Below are positions 10,051-19,517 of a DNA stretch of 55,751 nucleotides, in pieces. A program made the translations under genes and the position numbers. This DNA is from an uncultured Pseudomonadales bacterium. Its GTDB lineage: Bacteria; Patescibacteriota; Microgenomatia; UBA1400; PJMF01. Under the pieces are notes generated by a model. It was not told the origin of the DNA, searched no databases, and was given only the letters and a program-made list of their open reading frames with translations. Location: NCBI GenBank assembly GCA_964570365.1, contig CAZMXT010000002.1, positions 1 to 55,751 of the forward strand. The letters are read 5' to 3'. Each line of letters opens with the position of its first letter. The first letter of the stretch is position 1.

Positions 10051-11181
10051 TCATTCTGCTTCTTCTTCTAAGAGTGGAGCCTGCGCCGCTAATAAACTTC
10101 CCTGCTGGTATTTTTCAATCTTTTTTATTTTGCGATCCATTTGATTTCTTCTAGTTGTGGTCAACTGCTCATAGCCAGTTCTGATTGTCTCAATTGAGCG
10201 TCCAAACTTAGAGAACTCATCATTAAATTTGGTCCACTCAGTCGTAAACTCAGTGACATATCTGACAATATCTTTTAGCTTGTCCTCCATCATGAAGTTA
10301 CGATAACTTTCCAGCACTGTCCTGGCCACAATTAGGAAAGTAAAAGGTGATACTATCAGCACTCTTTTACCAATTGATTCATCTACAATTTCTGGAAGCT
10401 TTTGATTAATAAAAGAAAAAACCATCTCATTGGGAACAAATAAAATTGCATAATCTAAAGTATTTCTTTCAGGGCTAATGTACTCAGCTACTTTCTGAAT
10501 TTTACTGCGCAGGTCTGAGGCGAACTGTTTAAGATGCTGATCTTGTGCCGACTTTGTTTCGGCGGCCGCCAGCTTCTGAATTTCTGCATACGGGAACTTA
10601 ACATCTATGGGGACATTTCTGTTATTCGGTAAAAGTAAAGTAATGTCTGGTCGTAAAGTTGAGCCAGTTTGTTGTAACTGACGAGAGTAGTGAACGCCTT
10701 CGACTAAACCATTTGCCTGGAGCAGGTCTTCAATAATTCTTTCTCCCCAACCACCGCGAGTTTGGTTATTTGATAAAACGGATGCTAACTGTTGAGTAGA
10801 TATTCGTAACTCATCTGTTAGTTGACGATGATTTTCAATGGCGGTGGTAAGTTCGGCAAATTTTTTAGTTCGATCCTGCTCAAGCGATCGGATCTCTGTC
10901 TGACGGAGCTGCATTTCCTGTTGCAAGTTATGGACTAACTTCTCAATCGTTTGTTGTTTGTTTGCCAGGTCGACGTGAATTGTTTCCTTCTCACTACTTA
11001 AAATATCTCGACTTTGTTCGGCAATTTTCTGTGAGGCTAAACCAAAAACTTGATTTACCATTGCCTCCATTTGCTGAGTGGGAACAGCACGCGAGGATTG
11101 TAACATTTGATGCAGCACCATACTCATAGCCACAAACCCAATGACTAAGATGGCTCCAATAATTAGTACTTCACTACCCAT
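10051..11181 (-). CDS. rmuC: DNA recombination protein RmuC
   Basis: N-terminal TM plus coiled coil, RGGWGE, RPD, PIDVKFP, ILFVPNE. Confidence 0.93.
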   Translation of the reverse strand: MGSEVLIIGAILVIGFVAMSMVLHQMLQSSRAVPTQQMEAMVNQVFGLASQKIAEQSRDILSSEKETIHVDLANKQQTIEKLVHNLQQEMQLRQTEIRSLEQDRTKKFAELTTAIENHRQLTDELRISTQQLASVLSNNQTRGGWGERIIEDLLQANGLVEGVHYSRQLQQTGSTLRPDITLLLPNNRNVPIDVKFPYAEIQKLAAAETKSAQDQHLKQFASDLRSKIQKVAEYISPERNTLDYAILFVPNEMVFSFINQKLPEIVDESIGKRVLIVSPFTFLIVARTVLESYRNFMMEDKLKDIVRYVTEFTTEWTKFNDEFSKFGRSIETIRTGYEQLTTTRRNQMDRKIKKIEKYQQGSLLAAQAPLLEEEAE

Positions 11182-11231
11182 AGACTTAACTCCTTTTCTT
11201 CTAGTATACGCGAAGTGATAAAGTAGACGAA

Positions 11232-11717
11232 ATGCAAAATGTTCTAAGAGCTACGAAAGAGGCCCCAGCCAAACCCCAACCAGCCCCTTCTCTACCACCT
11301 TTGGCAGTAAAGTCTCGGCTTCAGCGCACTCTTCCCAAACCATCATTCAACAGAAAAAGATATTTTCTCCATTTACCCATTCTAGTACTCGGAATAGTCG
11401 GATATTTTTTAACTGGATTCGTCTTCCTTTATCTAGAGCCAGTGAGTATTAGAGATGTTCTTGTGACTAATACGTATCTGCCTTTGCTTATCCTCGTTGG
11501 CCTCAGTAACTTCTTTTTTTTCAGTTATCTTTTTCTTAACTCCAGAAGAGGGTTGGTGATTAGTCTATTAAGTATAGTTTTACTCTTTCTACGATTACAA
11601 CAAGTCCTAAGTTTCCCTCTCATCATCGGACTTATAGTTGTGGGTATAATCTTTGAAGTTATATTAACTTTTGCAGGACACCACCGCTCTACTTCAGCCA
11701 CTCATTCCTTGCTATAA
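11232..11717 (+). CDS. Hypothetical membrane protein
   Basis: 161 aa, Pro/Lys-rich N-terminus followed by about 4 TM segments. Confidence 0.7.
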   Translation: MQNVLRATKEAPAKPQPAPSLPPLAVKSRLQRTLPKPSFNRKRYFLHLPILVLGIVGYFLTGFVFLYLEPVSIRDVLVTNTYLPLLILVGLSNFFFFSYLFLNSRRGLVISLLSIVLLFLRLQQVLSFPLIIGLIVVGIIFEVILTFAGHHRSTSATHSLL

Positions 11718-11724
11718 TGTAGCC

Positions 11725-13164
11725 ATGTCTGATACTTCCCAACGCTACTACATCACCACTGCAATACCGTATGTAAACGCGAAACCACACTTAGGTCATG
11801 TTTTAGAATGGTTTCAAGCAGATGTTTTAGCCCGCTATCATCGGCTTCTTGGACATGAAGTAGCTTTTGCTTCGGGTGCTGATGAAAATAGTTTGAAGAA
11901 TGTACAAGCCGCCGAGAAAGCAGGGTTAGCACCACAAGCCTGGTTAGATCAATATTCAGAAATTTTTAAAGAGGCCTACGCACAGTTTGATATTTCCTTA
12001 ACTAGCTTCCGCCGTGGCAGTGACCAAGAAAAACACTGGCCTGGTGTGCAAGAGCTCTGGCGATTGTGTGAGAAGGCTGGAGATATTTACAAAAAGACCT
12101 ATACGGGTCTCTACTGTATCGGCTGCGAGTCATTTTACACTGCTGAAGAGCTAGTTGAGGGAAAGTGTCCAGAACACTTGACAGTACCAGAGCGAGTAAA
12201 AGAAGAGAATTACTTTTTCCGACTGTCAAAGTACCAAGCCAAAATTAAAGAATTGATTGAGTCAGATGACCTAAGAATAGTCTCAGCTCAATATAAAAAT
12301 GAGATGCTGGGCTTTATAAATAAAGGTCTAGAAGATTTTAGTGTCTCTCGCTCCACCAAGCGCGCCCGAGGACTTGGTGTACCAGTTCCTAATGATCCAG
12401 ATCAAATTATGTATGTTTGGTTTGATGCACTCAGCATTTACTTAACGGCAATTGGCTGGGGATATGACACTCAGTTATTTACCAGATTTTGGCCAGCCAA
12501 TGCCCATGTGATTGGCAAAGGCATCAACCGTTTTCACTCTGTGTACTGGATTGGGATGCTGCTTTCTGGAGGACTACCTACTCCAAGATCAGTTTCAGTT
12601 CATGGATATATCACCGTAAATGGCCAAAAAATGAGTAAGAGTATCGGCAACGTGATTGACCCGGTTACCGTTATTGAACAGTATGGCCTAGAACCTATTC
12701 GCTACTACTTGCTCAAAGAAGTCCCCACCCATTCAGATGGTGATTTTAGTCATGAGCGATTTCGCGAGCTATACCAAGGCGACTTAGCAAATGGCTTAGG
12801 CAATTTGTGTTCCCGGGTAGCAAAGTTATGTGAACGCTCAGCCAACTCATTCCAGCAACTAAGTAATGAAGCGCTCAGCAATTCTCCAGCCGTAAGAAAA
12901 GCCATTGAAGACTTTGAGTTGAAAATTGCCTTGGAACTCTTACAGCAAGAACTGACCAGTATCGACCAACAGCTGAACCATGATCAACCTTGGAAGTTAA
13001 ATGGTGACGCACAGTTTATCTCGCTCCAAAAAGCGGTCTTTGCCATTCAAAAGGTTTCTTATTTCCTCCAACCCTTTCTACCCAAAACGGCTGGACGCAT
13101 CTTCATTCACTTTTCACAACCCAAAATCTCGGCACTGGCACCTTTATTTCCTCGCTTGGACTAA
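11725..13164 (+). CDS. metG: Methionyl-tRNA synthetase (short form)
   Basis: YITTAIPYVNAKPHLGH, YCIGCE zinc knuckle, YVWFDAL, KMSKS; start placed at ATG 11725, 6 nt after TATAAT. Confidence 0.97.
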   Translation: MSDTSQRYYITTAIPYVNAKPHLGHVLEWFQADVLARYHRLLGHEVAFASGADENSLKNVQAAEKAGLAPQAWLDQYSEIFKEAYAQFDISLTSFRRGSDQEKHWPGVQELWRLCEKAGDIYKKTYTGLYCIGCESFYTAEELVEGKCPEHLTVPERVKEENYFFRLSKYQAKIKELIESDDLRIVSAQYKNEMLGFINKGLEDFSVSRSTKRARGLGVPVPNDPDQIMYVWFDALSIYLTAIGWGYDTQLFTRFWPANAHVIGKGINRFHSVYWIGMLLSGGLPTPRSVSVHGYITVNGQKMSKSIGNVIDPVTVIEQYGLEPIRYYLLKEVPTHSDGDFSHERFRELYQGDLANGLGNLCSRVAKLCERSANSFQQLSNEALSNSPAVRKAIEDFELKIALELLQQELTSIDQQLNHDQPWKLNGDAQFISLQKAVFAIQKVSYFLQPFLPKTAGRIFIHFSQPKISALAPLFPRLD

Positions 13165-13166
13165 TA

Positions 13167-13955
13167 ATGATCTTTGATACCCAATGCCACTACAATCTAG
13201 ATCCCCTTTTTAGTGAGGAGGGGGGCTGGAAACTTCATTGGCAGAAAGCCCAAGCTCATGGCGTAACGAAGTCCGTCGTCGTTGGCACCACCGTAGAAAG
13301 CAGCAAAGTGGCAATTAAGATCGCGGAGGAAGATGAGAATCTGTTTGCCAGCATAGGAGTTCACCCCAACGAAGCCGACGAAGAAATAGACATTGATAAA
13401 CTCACGTCTTTACTAAGTCATAAGAAGGTAGTGGCAGTAGGAGAAACCGGACTGGACTACTTCCGGATGAGCACAGAGAGTGATTCCCTAGAAGTGAAAA
13501 GGAAACAACAAGCCGCACTAGTCATCCACACGCAGCTCTCTACTAAAAAACAACTCCCCTTAATTCTGCATGTTCGGGACCAGGAAACTGAGGCGTATTT
13601 TGACACTTTACGTATTTTAGAAGAACAAAAGTTTGACCAGCCGTTTATTTTGCACTGCGTATCAGGTCCCTTAGCATATGTCCAAAAAGCTGTTGGCATG
13701 GACGCCTATATTGGTCTAGCTGGAAATGTGACGTATAAAAATGCTGACCGTCTGCGCGAAATTGCCAAAGTTGTACCTAGTAATAGGCTGATTGTTGAGA
13801 CTGATGCTCCCTTTCTTCCGCCCATGCCGCACCGGGGAAAGCAATGTGAGCCATGGATGATTAGTCTTACCGTCGAGTACTTGGAAAGTGAGCTCCACAT
13901 AGATCGCCAGCAGCTGTACCAGAATGCGATGGAAGTTTTCCGCTTAAAAAGCTAA
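13167..13955 (+). CDS. tatD: TatD family DNase
   Basis: GVHP, VGETGLDY, LHVR, LHC, ETDAPFL; usual position after metG. Confidence 0.93.
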   Translation: MIFDTQCHYNLDPLFSEEGGWKLHWQKAQAHGVTKSVVVGTTVESSKVAIKIAEEDENLFASIGVHPNEADEEIDIDKLTSLLSHKKVVAVGETGLDYFRMSTESDSLEVKRKQQAALVIHTQLSTKKQLPLILHVRDQETEAYFDTLRILEEQKFDQPFILHCVSGPLAYVQKAVGMDAYIGLAGNVTYKNADRLREIAKVVPSNRLIVETDAPFLPPMPHRGKQCEPWMISLTVEYLESELHIDRQQLYQNAMEVFRLKS

Positions 13956-13979
13956 AATGTTTATTGCTAGATAATTTTA

Positions 13980-15476
13980 ATGATTAAAAACTACGTTTTG
14001 CGTCATCCCATTCGCACTCAACGAGCTTTGGAAATCTTACCAGGCTTTGTGTCTTGGTCATTGATTCTCTTTCCCTTCTGGGGCTCATTTGTTTTTCCCA
14101 CTGCAGTGGCCTACTACGTCATTACTTTTGCTGTTTACTGGCTGTATCGTTCAATCTCTATCTCCATTCTCTCAATTGTTGCTCAACTAAAGATACGAGC
14201 TGCTAGCCGCTTTGAGTGGGTTCAGAACTTAAAACAGGAGTACCCTGAGATCTGGAACAGGACCCAACATATTATTGTTATCCCTACCTACCAAGAACCC
14301 CTGACTACTTTACAAAGAACACTTAAAGCCTTAACTAATCAGAGCTATCCCACCAAAAACCTACACATTATGCTGTCATTTGAGGAACGTGAGGGGCAAG
14401 CTGCCATGGAAAAAGCAAAAGTATTACTACAAGAGTTTGAGGGGAAGTTTGGCCATCTGTGGACCACTCAGCATCCTGACATCCTAGGAGAAGTAAAAGG
14501 TAAGTCAGCAAATACGTGTTGGGGAGCAAAGCATGCAAAAAAAATATTGGTAGATGAAGAGAAAACCAATATCGAACATGTAACTATTACAAGTGAAGAC
14601 GCTGACGCAATGTTTCATCGCCACTACTTTGCCAACTTGACCTATAGCTTCCTATCTGTAGCAAAACCCTTTAATAAGATCTGGCAGGGGGGGGTTGTCT
14701 TCTACAATAATATTTGGAAAGTTCATGCTCCGATTCGCGTACTTTCCTCGATTTTTTCAGTTTCCCAAATTTACATTTTAATGAGAAAAGATCGCTTGGT
14801 AAATTTTTCAACGTACTCTACATCCCTCAAGCATGTAGATGAAATTGGTTACTGGGACACAGATGTGATCCCCGAAGATTATCGACTATTCTTCAAGTCT
14901 TACTTTGCCAAAAAAGGTGACTTTGAAGTAGAGCCTATTTTTCTACCCATCTATGCCGATGCTGCCGAAGCACACACTTTCTGGGCTGCCATGAAGAACC
15001 AATACCAACAGCTCCAGCGGTGGGCTTGGGGTGTTAGCGACGATGCGTATATTATTCGCCAGTATATTTTGGTTGAGGGAATTCCATTCTGGGATAAGAC
15101 GGTGCGCGTCTTCAAAACGATCGAAGATCACTTTTTGTGGCCCGTGAACTGGTTTGCAATAACTGTATCAGCCATCTTGCCTCCACTTTTAAACGAGCAG
15201 TTTAGTCGAACAGTCTTAGGCAAAACCCTCCCTCAAGTCACTTCATTTTTACTGACCCTCTCATTAGTTTCTATGTTCGTTATCTTTGTGATTGATGCCA
15301 TTAATCGTCCGCCTCGCCCAAACAAAAATAATCCACTTTCCTACATTTTTCAACCCCTGGAGTTCTTGATGCTGCCCGTCGTCGGTTTCTTTTTCTCTGC
15401 TCTTCCTGGCATCGATGCTCACACGAGATTGATGCTGGGCAAATACATTGAGTACAGAGTCACAGAAAAAGTGTAG
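13980..15476 (+). CDS. GT2 family membrane glycosyltransferase
   Basis: IPTYQE, KGKSAN, EDAD, IPED, QLQRWAWG (QxxRW-type) motifs. Confidence 0.88.
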   Translation: MIKNYVLRHPIRTQRALEILPGFVSWSLILFPFWGSFVFPTAVAYYVITFAVYWLYRSISISILSIVAQLKIRAASRFEWVQNLKQEYPEIWNRTQHIIVIPTYQEPLTTLQRTLKALTNQSYPTKNLHIMLSFEEREGQAAMEKAKVLLQEFEGKFGHLWTTQHPDILGEVKGKSANTCWGAKHAKKILVDEEKTNIEHVTITSEDADAMFHRHYFANLTYSFLSVAKPFNKIWQGGVVFYNNIWKVHAPIRVLSSIFSVSQIYILMRKDRLVNFSTYSTSLKHVDEIGYWDTDVIPEDYRLFFKSYFAKKGDFEVEPIFLPIYADAAEAHTFWAAMKNQYQQLQRWAWGVSDDAYIIRQYILVEGIPFWDKTVRVFKTIEDHFLWPVNWFAITVSAILPPLLNEQFSRTVLGKTLPQVTSFLLTLSLVSMFVIFVIDAINRPPRPNKNNPLSYIFQPLEFLMLPVVGFFFSALPGIDAHTRLMLGKYIEYRVTEKV

Positions 15477-15487
15477 ACTTAATAAAC

Positions 15488-17068
15488 ATGAGGCAGAAAC
15501 TTCGTCAGCTTGATATTTTCTTAGATACGCATCGATATCTTCTTGGCTACTTAGCTTTGGTCGTAGGCTTGAGAGTCCCAAGCTTAGTAGAACCCTATTG
15601 GTACGGTGATGAGGGCATTTATCTGACCTTAGGTCAGGCCATGCGCAGTGGTGAACTCCTCTACACTGATATTGTCGATCATAAGACCCCCTTAATTTAT
15701 TACTTTGCAATGGTCCCGAATCAATTCTGGTTTCGGATCCTTATGATGGCAGCGATGGTAGTTACAACTTTTGGATTTATTTACCTGAGTAGACAGTTAA
15801 TTAAGCGTAGAGTAGCTCGGGTCATTGCCACCCTGCTATTTATTTTTGCGACTAACTTACCCGCTTTGGAGGGTAACATCCCCAATGGTGAGCTGTTTGT
15901 GATGTGCTTTATTTTTATGGGAGCGGCAGCATTAGTCAAAACAAATCTTTTTCAGTACTTAGCTTGGCCAGATGAGCGGAAAGTAATACCTGCCAAATCT
16001 AATCGTATTTGGTTAGTGGCCAGTGGCCTCTGTTTTGGTCTCGCAATTTTAACTAAGGTTCCAGCTGTTTTTGATGTACTCGCTTTCATGGCGATCGGCT
16101 GGTTTGGTGTTGCGACCCTTTTTCTAGAAAAACACCCGGATCGAACTCCAAAAACATTTAGCATCTTTACACAACTAGGAATTCTAGGTGCAGCGATACT
16201 AGCACCAATTATTTTATCAATCCTTTACTTTGTACTCCGGGGCTCTGGAGCCGCATACCTAAACTTTGGCTTACTCTACAACTTCCGTTATGCAGGCTCC
16301 TGGAAACCTAGCTTTGCGCTTCCCTTTGTAGGTGCTTTTTTTAGTCTCCCCGCCAAGATGGTGCTACTGAGTGGTTGGTTGTTGATTTTAACTATGTTAA
16401 GCCGCTATTTGACTAAGCGATTTCTTTTTCTAGCTGGTTGGGTTGCACTTGCGCTAGTTGCAGCGACTTTATCTAACAGACCATATCCCCACTACTTTCT
16501 CCAAGTCATACCTCCTTTGTGTCTGATGGTGGGGTATGTAATCAGTATTATCAAAGTCAAACTAAACTTCAAAGAGCTAAGCGAAGTTGCATTAGCGACG
16601 GTCAGCTTGGGGAGTGTAGTGGCAGTTATGTTGCTGCTACAAGTCACAGGATACCCCACCATTAGTTACTACCTTCGTTTCTGGCGATATGCAACGCACC
16701 AAATTTCCTGGGAGACCTACCGCGACGAGTTTAATTATATCTTGGCGGATAACTATGCAGCAACTCACTTGATCAAGACATCTTCAAATCCAGAAATGTT
16801 CATCTGGGGTACCAACCCAAACCTTTATGCACAAGCCAGGAAGAATCCAGTAGGCAGATTTACGGTAGCTTTTCACATTGCTGACTTTAAGGCAGAAGAA
16901 GAAACTTTGAGAGCTGTAGAAGAAAAACGACCTACTTATATTGTGGTCATGAAAGAAGAGAGAGAACTCCCTGGTCTAAACCGGCTCTTAGAAAACGAGT
17001 ATATGCCCAATACCAGCTTCCAAAACTTCGTTTTGTGGAAGCGGTGGGCAGATCAGCTTTCAAACTGA
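15488..17068 (+). CDS. GT-C (ArnT/PMT_2-like) membrane glycosyltransferase
   Basis: YGDEGIY, DHKTPL, YPHYFLQ; many TM segments. Confidence 0.85.
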   Translation: MRQKLRQLDIFLDTHRYLLGYLALVVGLRVPSLVEPYWYGDEGIYLTLGQAMRSGELLYTDIVDHKTPLIYYFAMVPNQFWFRILMMAAMVVTTFGFIYLSRQLIKRRVARVIATLLFIFATNLPALEGNIPNGELFVMCFIFMGAAALVKTNLFQYLAWPDERKVIPAKSNRIWLVASGLCFGLAILTKVPAVFDVLAFMAIGWFGVATLFLEKHPDRTPKTFSIFTQLGILGAAILAPIILSILYFVLRGSGAAYLNFGLLYNFRYAGSWKPSFALPFVGAFFSLPAKMVLLSGWLLILTMLSRYLTKRFLFLAGWVALALVAATLSNRPYPHYFLQVIPPLCLMVGYVISIIKVKLNFKELSEVALATVSLGSVVAVMLLLQVTGYPTISYYLRFWRYATHQISWETYRDEFNYILADNYAATHLIKTSSNPEMFIWGTNPNLYAQARKNPVGRFTVAFHIADFKAEEETLRAVEEKRPTYIVVMKEERELPGLNRLLENEYMPNTSFQNFVLWKRWADQLSN

Positions 17069-17082
17069 TATAATTTTAGATC

Positions 17083-17454
17083 ATGGCTCTTCTTTCGTTT
17101 TGGCATACCTCTCGTGGTCAATTAAAAGTTCCGAAATACATTCGGATTCCCTTCTTACTTTCGATTTTGCTAAGCAGTACAATCACCCTCATGGTCCTGG
17201 CCATGTACTTCCGACTTCAACCACAGGTACCAATTTTTTATTCTTTAGCCAACCCATCCGAGTATCTCGCTGATAAGCAGTGGATCATGCTCTTTCCACT
17301 ACTTTCTTTTTCCACCCTATTTATACATATTTTCGTGTTGTCCTCTCTAAAACTCTACGAAAAAATTATCAACCAAATGTTTGTTTGGACTACTGTGGTA
17401 ATTCAATCTCTCTTCTTTTTAGCAGTCGTTCGTATCTTGATAATTATTAGTTAA
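17083..17454 (+). CDS. Hypothetical 3-TM protein (DUF1648-like)
   Basis: LQPQVPIFYS between TM helices. Confidence 0.6.
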   Translation: MALLSFWHTSRGQLKVPKYIRIPFLLSILLSSTITLMVLAMYFRLQPQVPIFYSLANPSEYLADKQWIMLFPLLSFSTLFIHIFVLSSLKLYEKIINQMFVWTTVVIQSLFFLAVVRILIIIS

Positions 17455-17466
17455 TACACGGAGCAC

Positions 17467-18564
17467 ATGTTTTTCTTTCTTTTCCTCTTCTCTACTATTC
17501 TTGCGTTTGTCATAACTCCCCTAGTAATTAAGCTTTATAGGGCTCGGGGCTGGGTAGAAGATCCGCAAAAACAAAAGCACGTTAAAGTTACTCATAAGTA
17601 TCCTGTTCCTAGAGGCGGCGGGCTGGTGATTTGTAGTGTCGTACTTGTAGCTGCCTTAATATTTCTGCAGCTAGATAAATATCTTATTGCAATTCTCAGT
17701 GGCGCAGTTTTGCTTACCATCGTGGGAGTACTGGACGATATCTACAATATTCACCCAGCCGTGAGGCTAGGGACAGGCCTACTAGCTGCTTTAATTGTCG
17801 TAGGGGCTGGTATTGGTATTGCCTATGTGAGCAATCCATTTGGACCAGGAGTGCTGCACCTCAGTCATCCACAAGTAGAGATCTTCATACTCGGAAAGAC
17901 TCGAACTATTTGGTTGCTGGCAGACTTCTTGGCCGTTCTCTTTATTCTCTGGAATATGAATATTGTGAACTGGTCGAAAGGATTAGATGGACAAATGCCA
18001 GGTTTTGTCGCAATTGCCCTCGTTTTCGTGGGTCTGTTATCCCAACGATTTCTAGACGACCCTACCCAATTTAATACTGCTTCCTTAGCTTTTTTAGTGG
18101 CTGGTGCCTTTACAGGCTTTCTATTTTGGAATAGGTATCCACAAAAAATCATGCCCGGCTATGGCGCAGGTTCTCTAGGTGGATATTTTTTGGCAGTCCT
18201 CGCCATTCTGTCAGGAGCGAAGTTTGCTACGACGGTCATGGTGCTGGCTATTCCGACTGCAGATGCAATCTTCACCATTCTCAGGCGCCTCTACGCTGGC
18301 AAGTCTCCACTGTGGGGAGACAGAGGTCATCTCCACCATAAGCTGATGGACGTGCTTGGTTGGGGGAAAAGACGCGTGGCGGCCTTTTACTGGGTCACCA
18401 CTCTGATCATGGGAATGCTTTCTCTGTACTTAAATACCTGGGGGAAAATACTTACACTAGTGATTGTCACTCTTTTGGTTTTTAGTTTTCTAATATGGGC
18501 AAAGTTACACACAAAGAAAAGCTTGGCGTTTGGCTCAATTCACCGTACAATGAAGCATTCATAA
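17467..18564 (+). CDS. MraY/WecA/TagO family polyprenyl-phosphate sugar-1-phosphate transferase
   Basis: PRGGG, GVLDD, NWSKGLDG, DRGHLHH. Confidence 0.92.
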   Translation: MFFFLFLFSTILAFVITPLVIKLYRARGWVEDPQKQKHVKVTHKYPVPRGGGLVICSVVLVAALIFLQLDKYLIAILSGAVLLTIVGVLDDIYNIHPAVRLGTGLLAALIVVGAGIGIAYVSNPFGPGVLHLSHPQVEIFILGKTRTIWLLADFLAVLFILWNMNIVNWSKGLDGQMPGFVAIALVFVGLLSQRFLDDPTQFNTASLAFLVAGAFTGFLFWNRYPQKIMPGYGAGSLGGYFLAVLAILSGAKFATTVMVLAIPTADAIFTILRRLYAGKSPLWGDRGHLHHKLMDVLGWGKRRVAAFYWVTTLIMGMLSLYLNTWGKILTLVIVTLLVFSFLIWAKLHTKKSLAFGSIHRTMKHS

Positions 18565-19514
18565 TGAATAACAATACCCTTTATCTCGTACTGAAGTCTG
18601 CCCGTCCTCGCCAGTGGATAAAAAACTTGGCCATGTATGCAGCGCTGATTTTTTCTGGTTTTTTCTTTTATGTTCCTGGCAATGGAATCCCATACTTTGC
18701 AACAGTCACTTTTGCAGCACTCACTTTTAGTTTACTCACTTCGTCAATTTATATTATTAACGATATTATTGATGCCGATGCAGATCGCCTTCATCCATTT
18801 AAACGTAAACGACCTATAGCTTCTGGCGACTTGCCAGTGCAGAAAGCATTAATCGCAGTAGGTGTCTTACTTATTGGGGTATTTGTCTGCTCACTCTATC
18901 TGCCAGCTTTTTTTAGACTCACCGTAGTTGCCTACTTCTTACTTCAAATTCTCTATGCAACCACAACTAAGCACATTGCGATTCTGGATGTGCTTTCCAT
19001 TGCTGCCGGATTTTTACTGAGGATTTATGCTGGCGCAGTGGTGGTGAACTTGCATATGAATGTTTGGTTTTTGTTGACCGTCATCTCTGCTTCCTTATTT
19101 TTGGCCGTGGGAAAACGTCAAAGTGAACGAACTCTACTCAATGGGCAAGCAATCGGAGAAACACGGAAATCTTTGAAGAGGTACAGCCAAAGACTACTTG
19201 ATCAATACACTGGCATGTTTGCGAATGCGACCTGGCTTACATACGCACTTTTTGCTTTTCAGCGAGAAAGTGTAGAACCAGAAGGTAGCTTTTTAGTCGT
19301 CTTTACCCACCTACCCAAAACGCTTCAATCTCAAAAATTATTAATGCTAACTGTTCCGTTTGTGATCTTTGGAGTGATGCGCTACCTGCAGCTAGTCTAC
19401 GAAGAAAACCAAGGTGAGTCCCCAGAAAAAGTACTGCTCCGAGACAAGCCACTTTTAATTGCTACTTTTTTGTTCGGAATCACCACCATGATCGTGTTAT
19501 ACATTTTGAGTTAA
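18564..19514 (+). CDS. UbiA family polyprenyl-phosphate phosphoribosyltransferase-like protein
   Basis: RPRQWIKN, YIINDIIDADADRLHPFKRKRPIASG, GKRQSE; start placed at ATG 18564, overlapping the upstream stop. Confidence 0.88.
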   Translation: MNNNTLYLVLKSARPRQWIKNLAMYAALIFSGFFFYVPGNGIPYFATVTFAALTFSLLTSSIYIINDIIDADADRLHPFKRKRPIASGDLPVQKALIAVGVLLIGVFVCSLYLPAFFRLTVVAYFLLQILYATTTKHIAILDVLSIAAGFLLRIYAGAVVVNLHMNVWFLLTVISASLFLAVGKRQSERTLLNGQAIGETRKSLKRYSQRLLDQYTGMFANATWLTYALFAFQRESVEPEGSFLVVFTHLPKTLQSQKLLMLTVPFVIFGVMRYLQLVYEENQGESPEKVLLRDKPLLIATFLFGITTMIVLYILS

Positions 19515-19517
19515 TCT

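Noticed and set aside
11725-13164. MetG lacking the C-terminal tRNA-binding domain
   Set aside because: Short monomeric MetRS forms are common and not notable.
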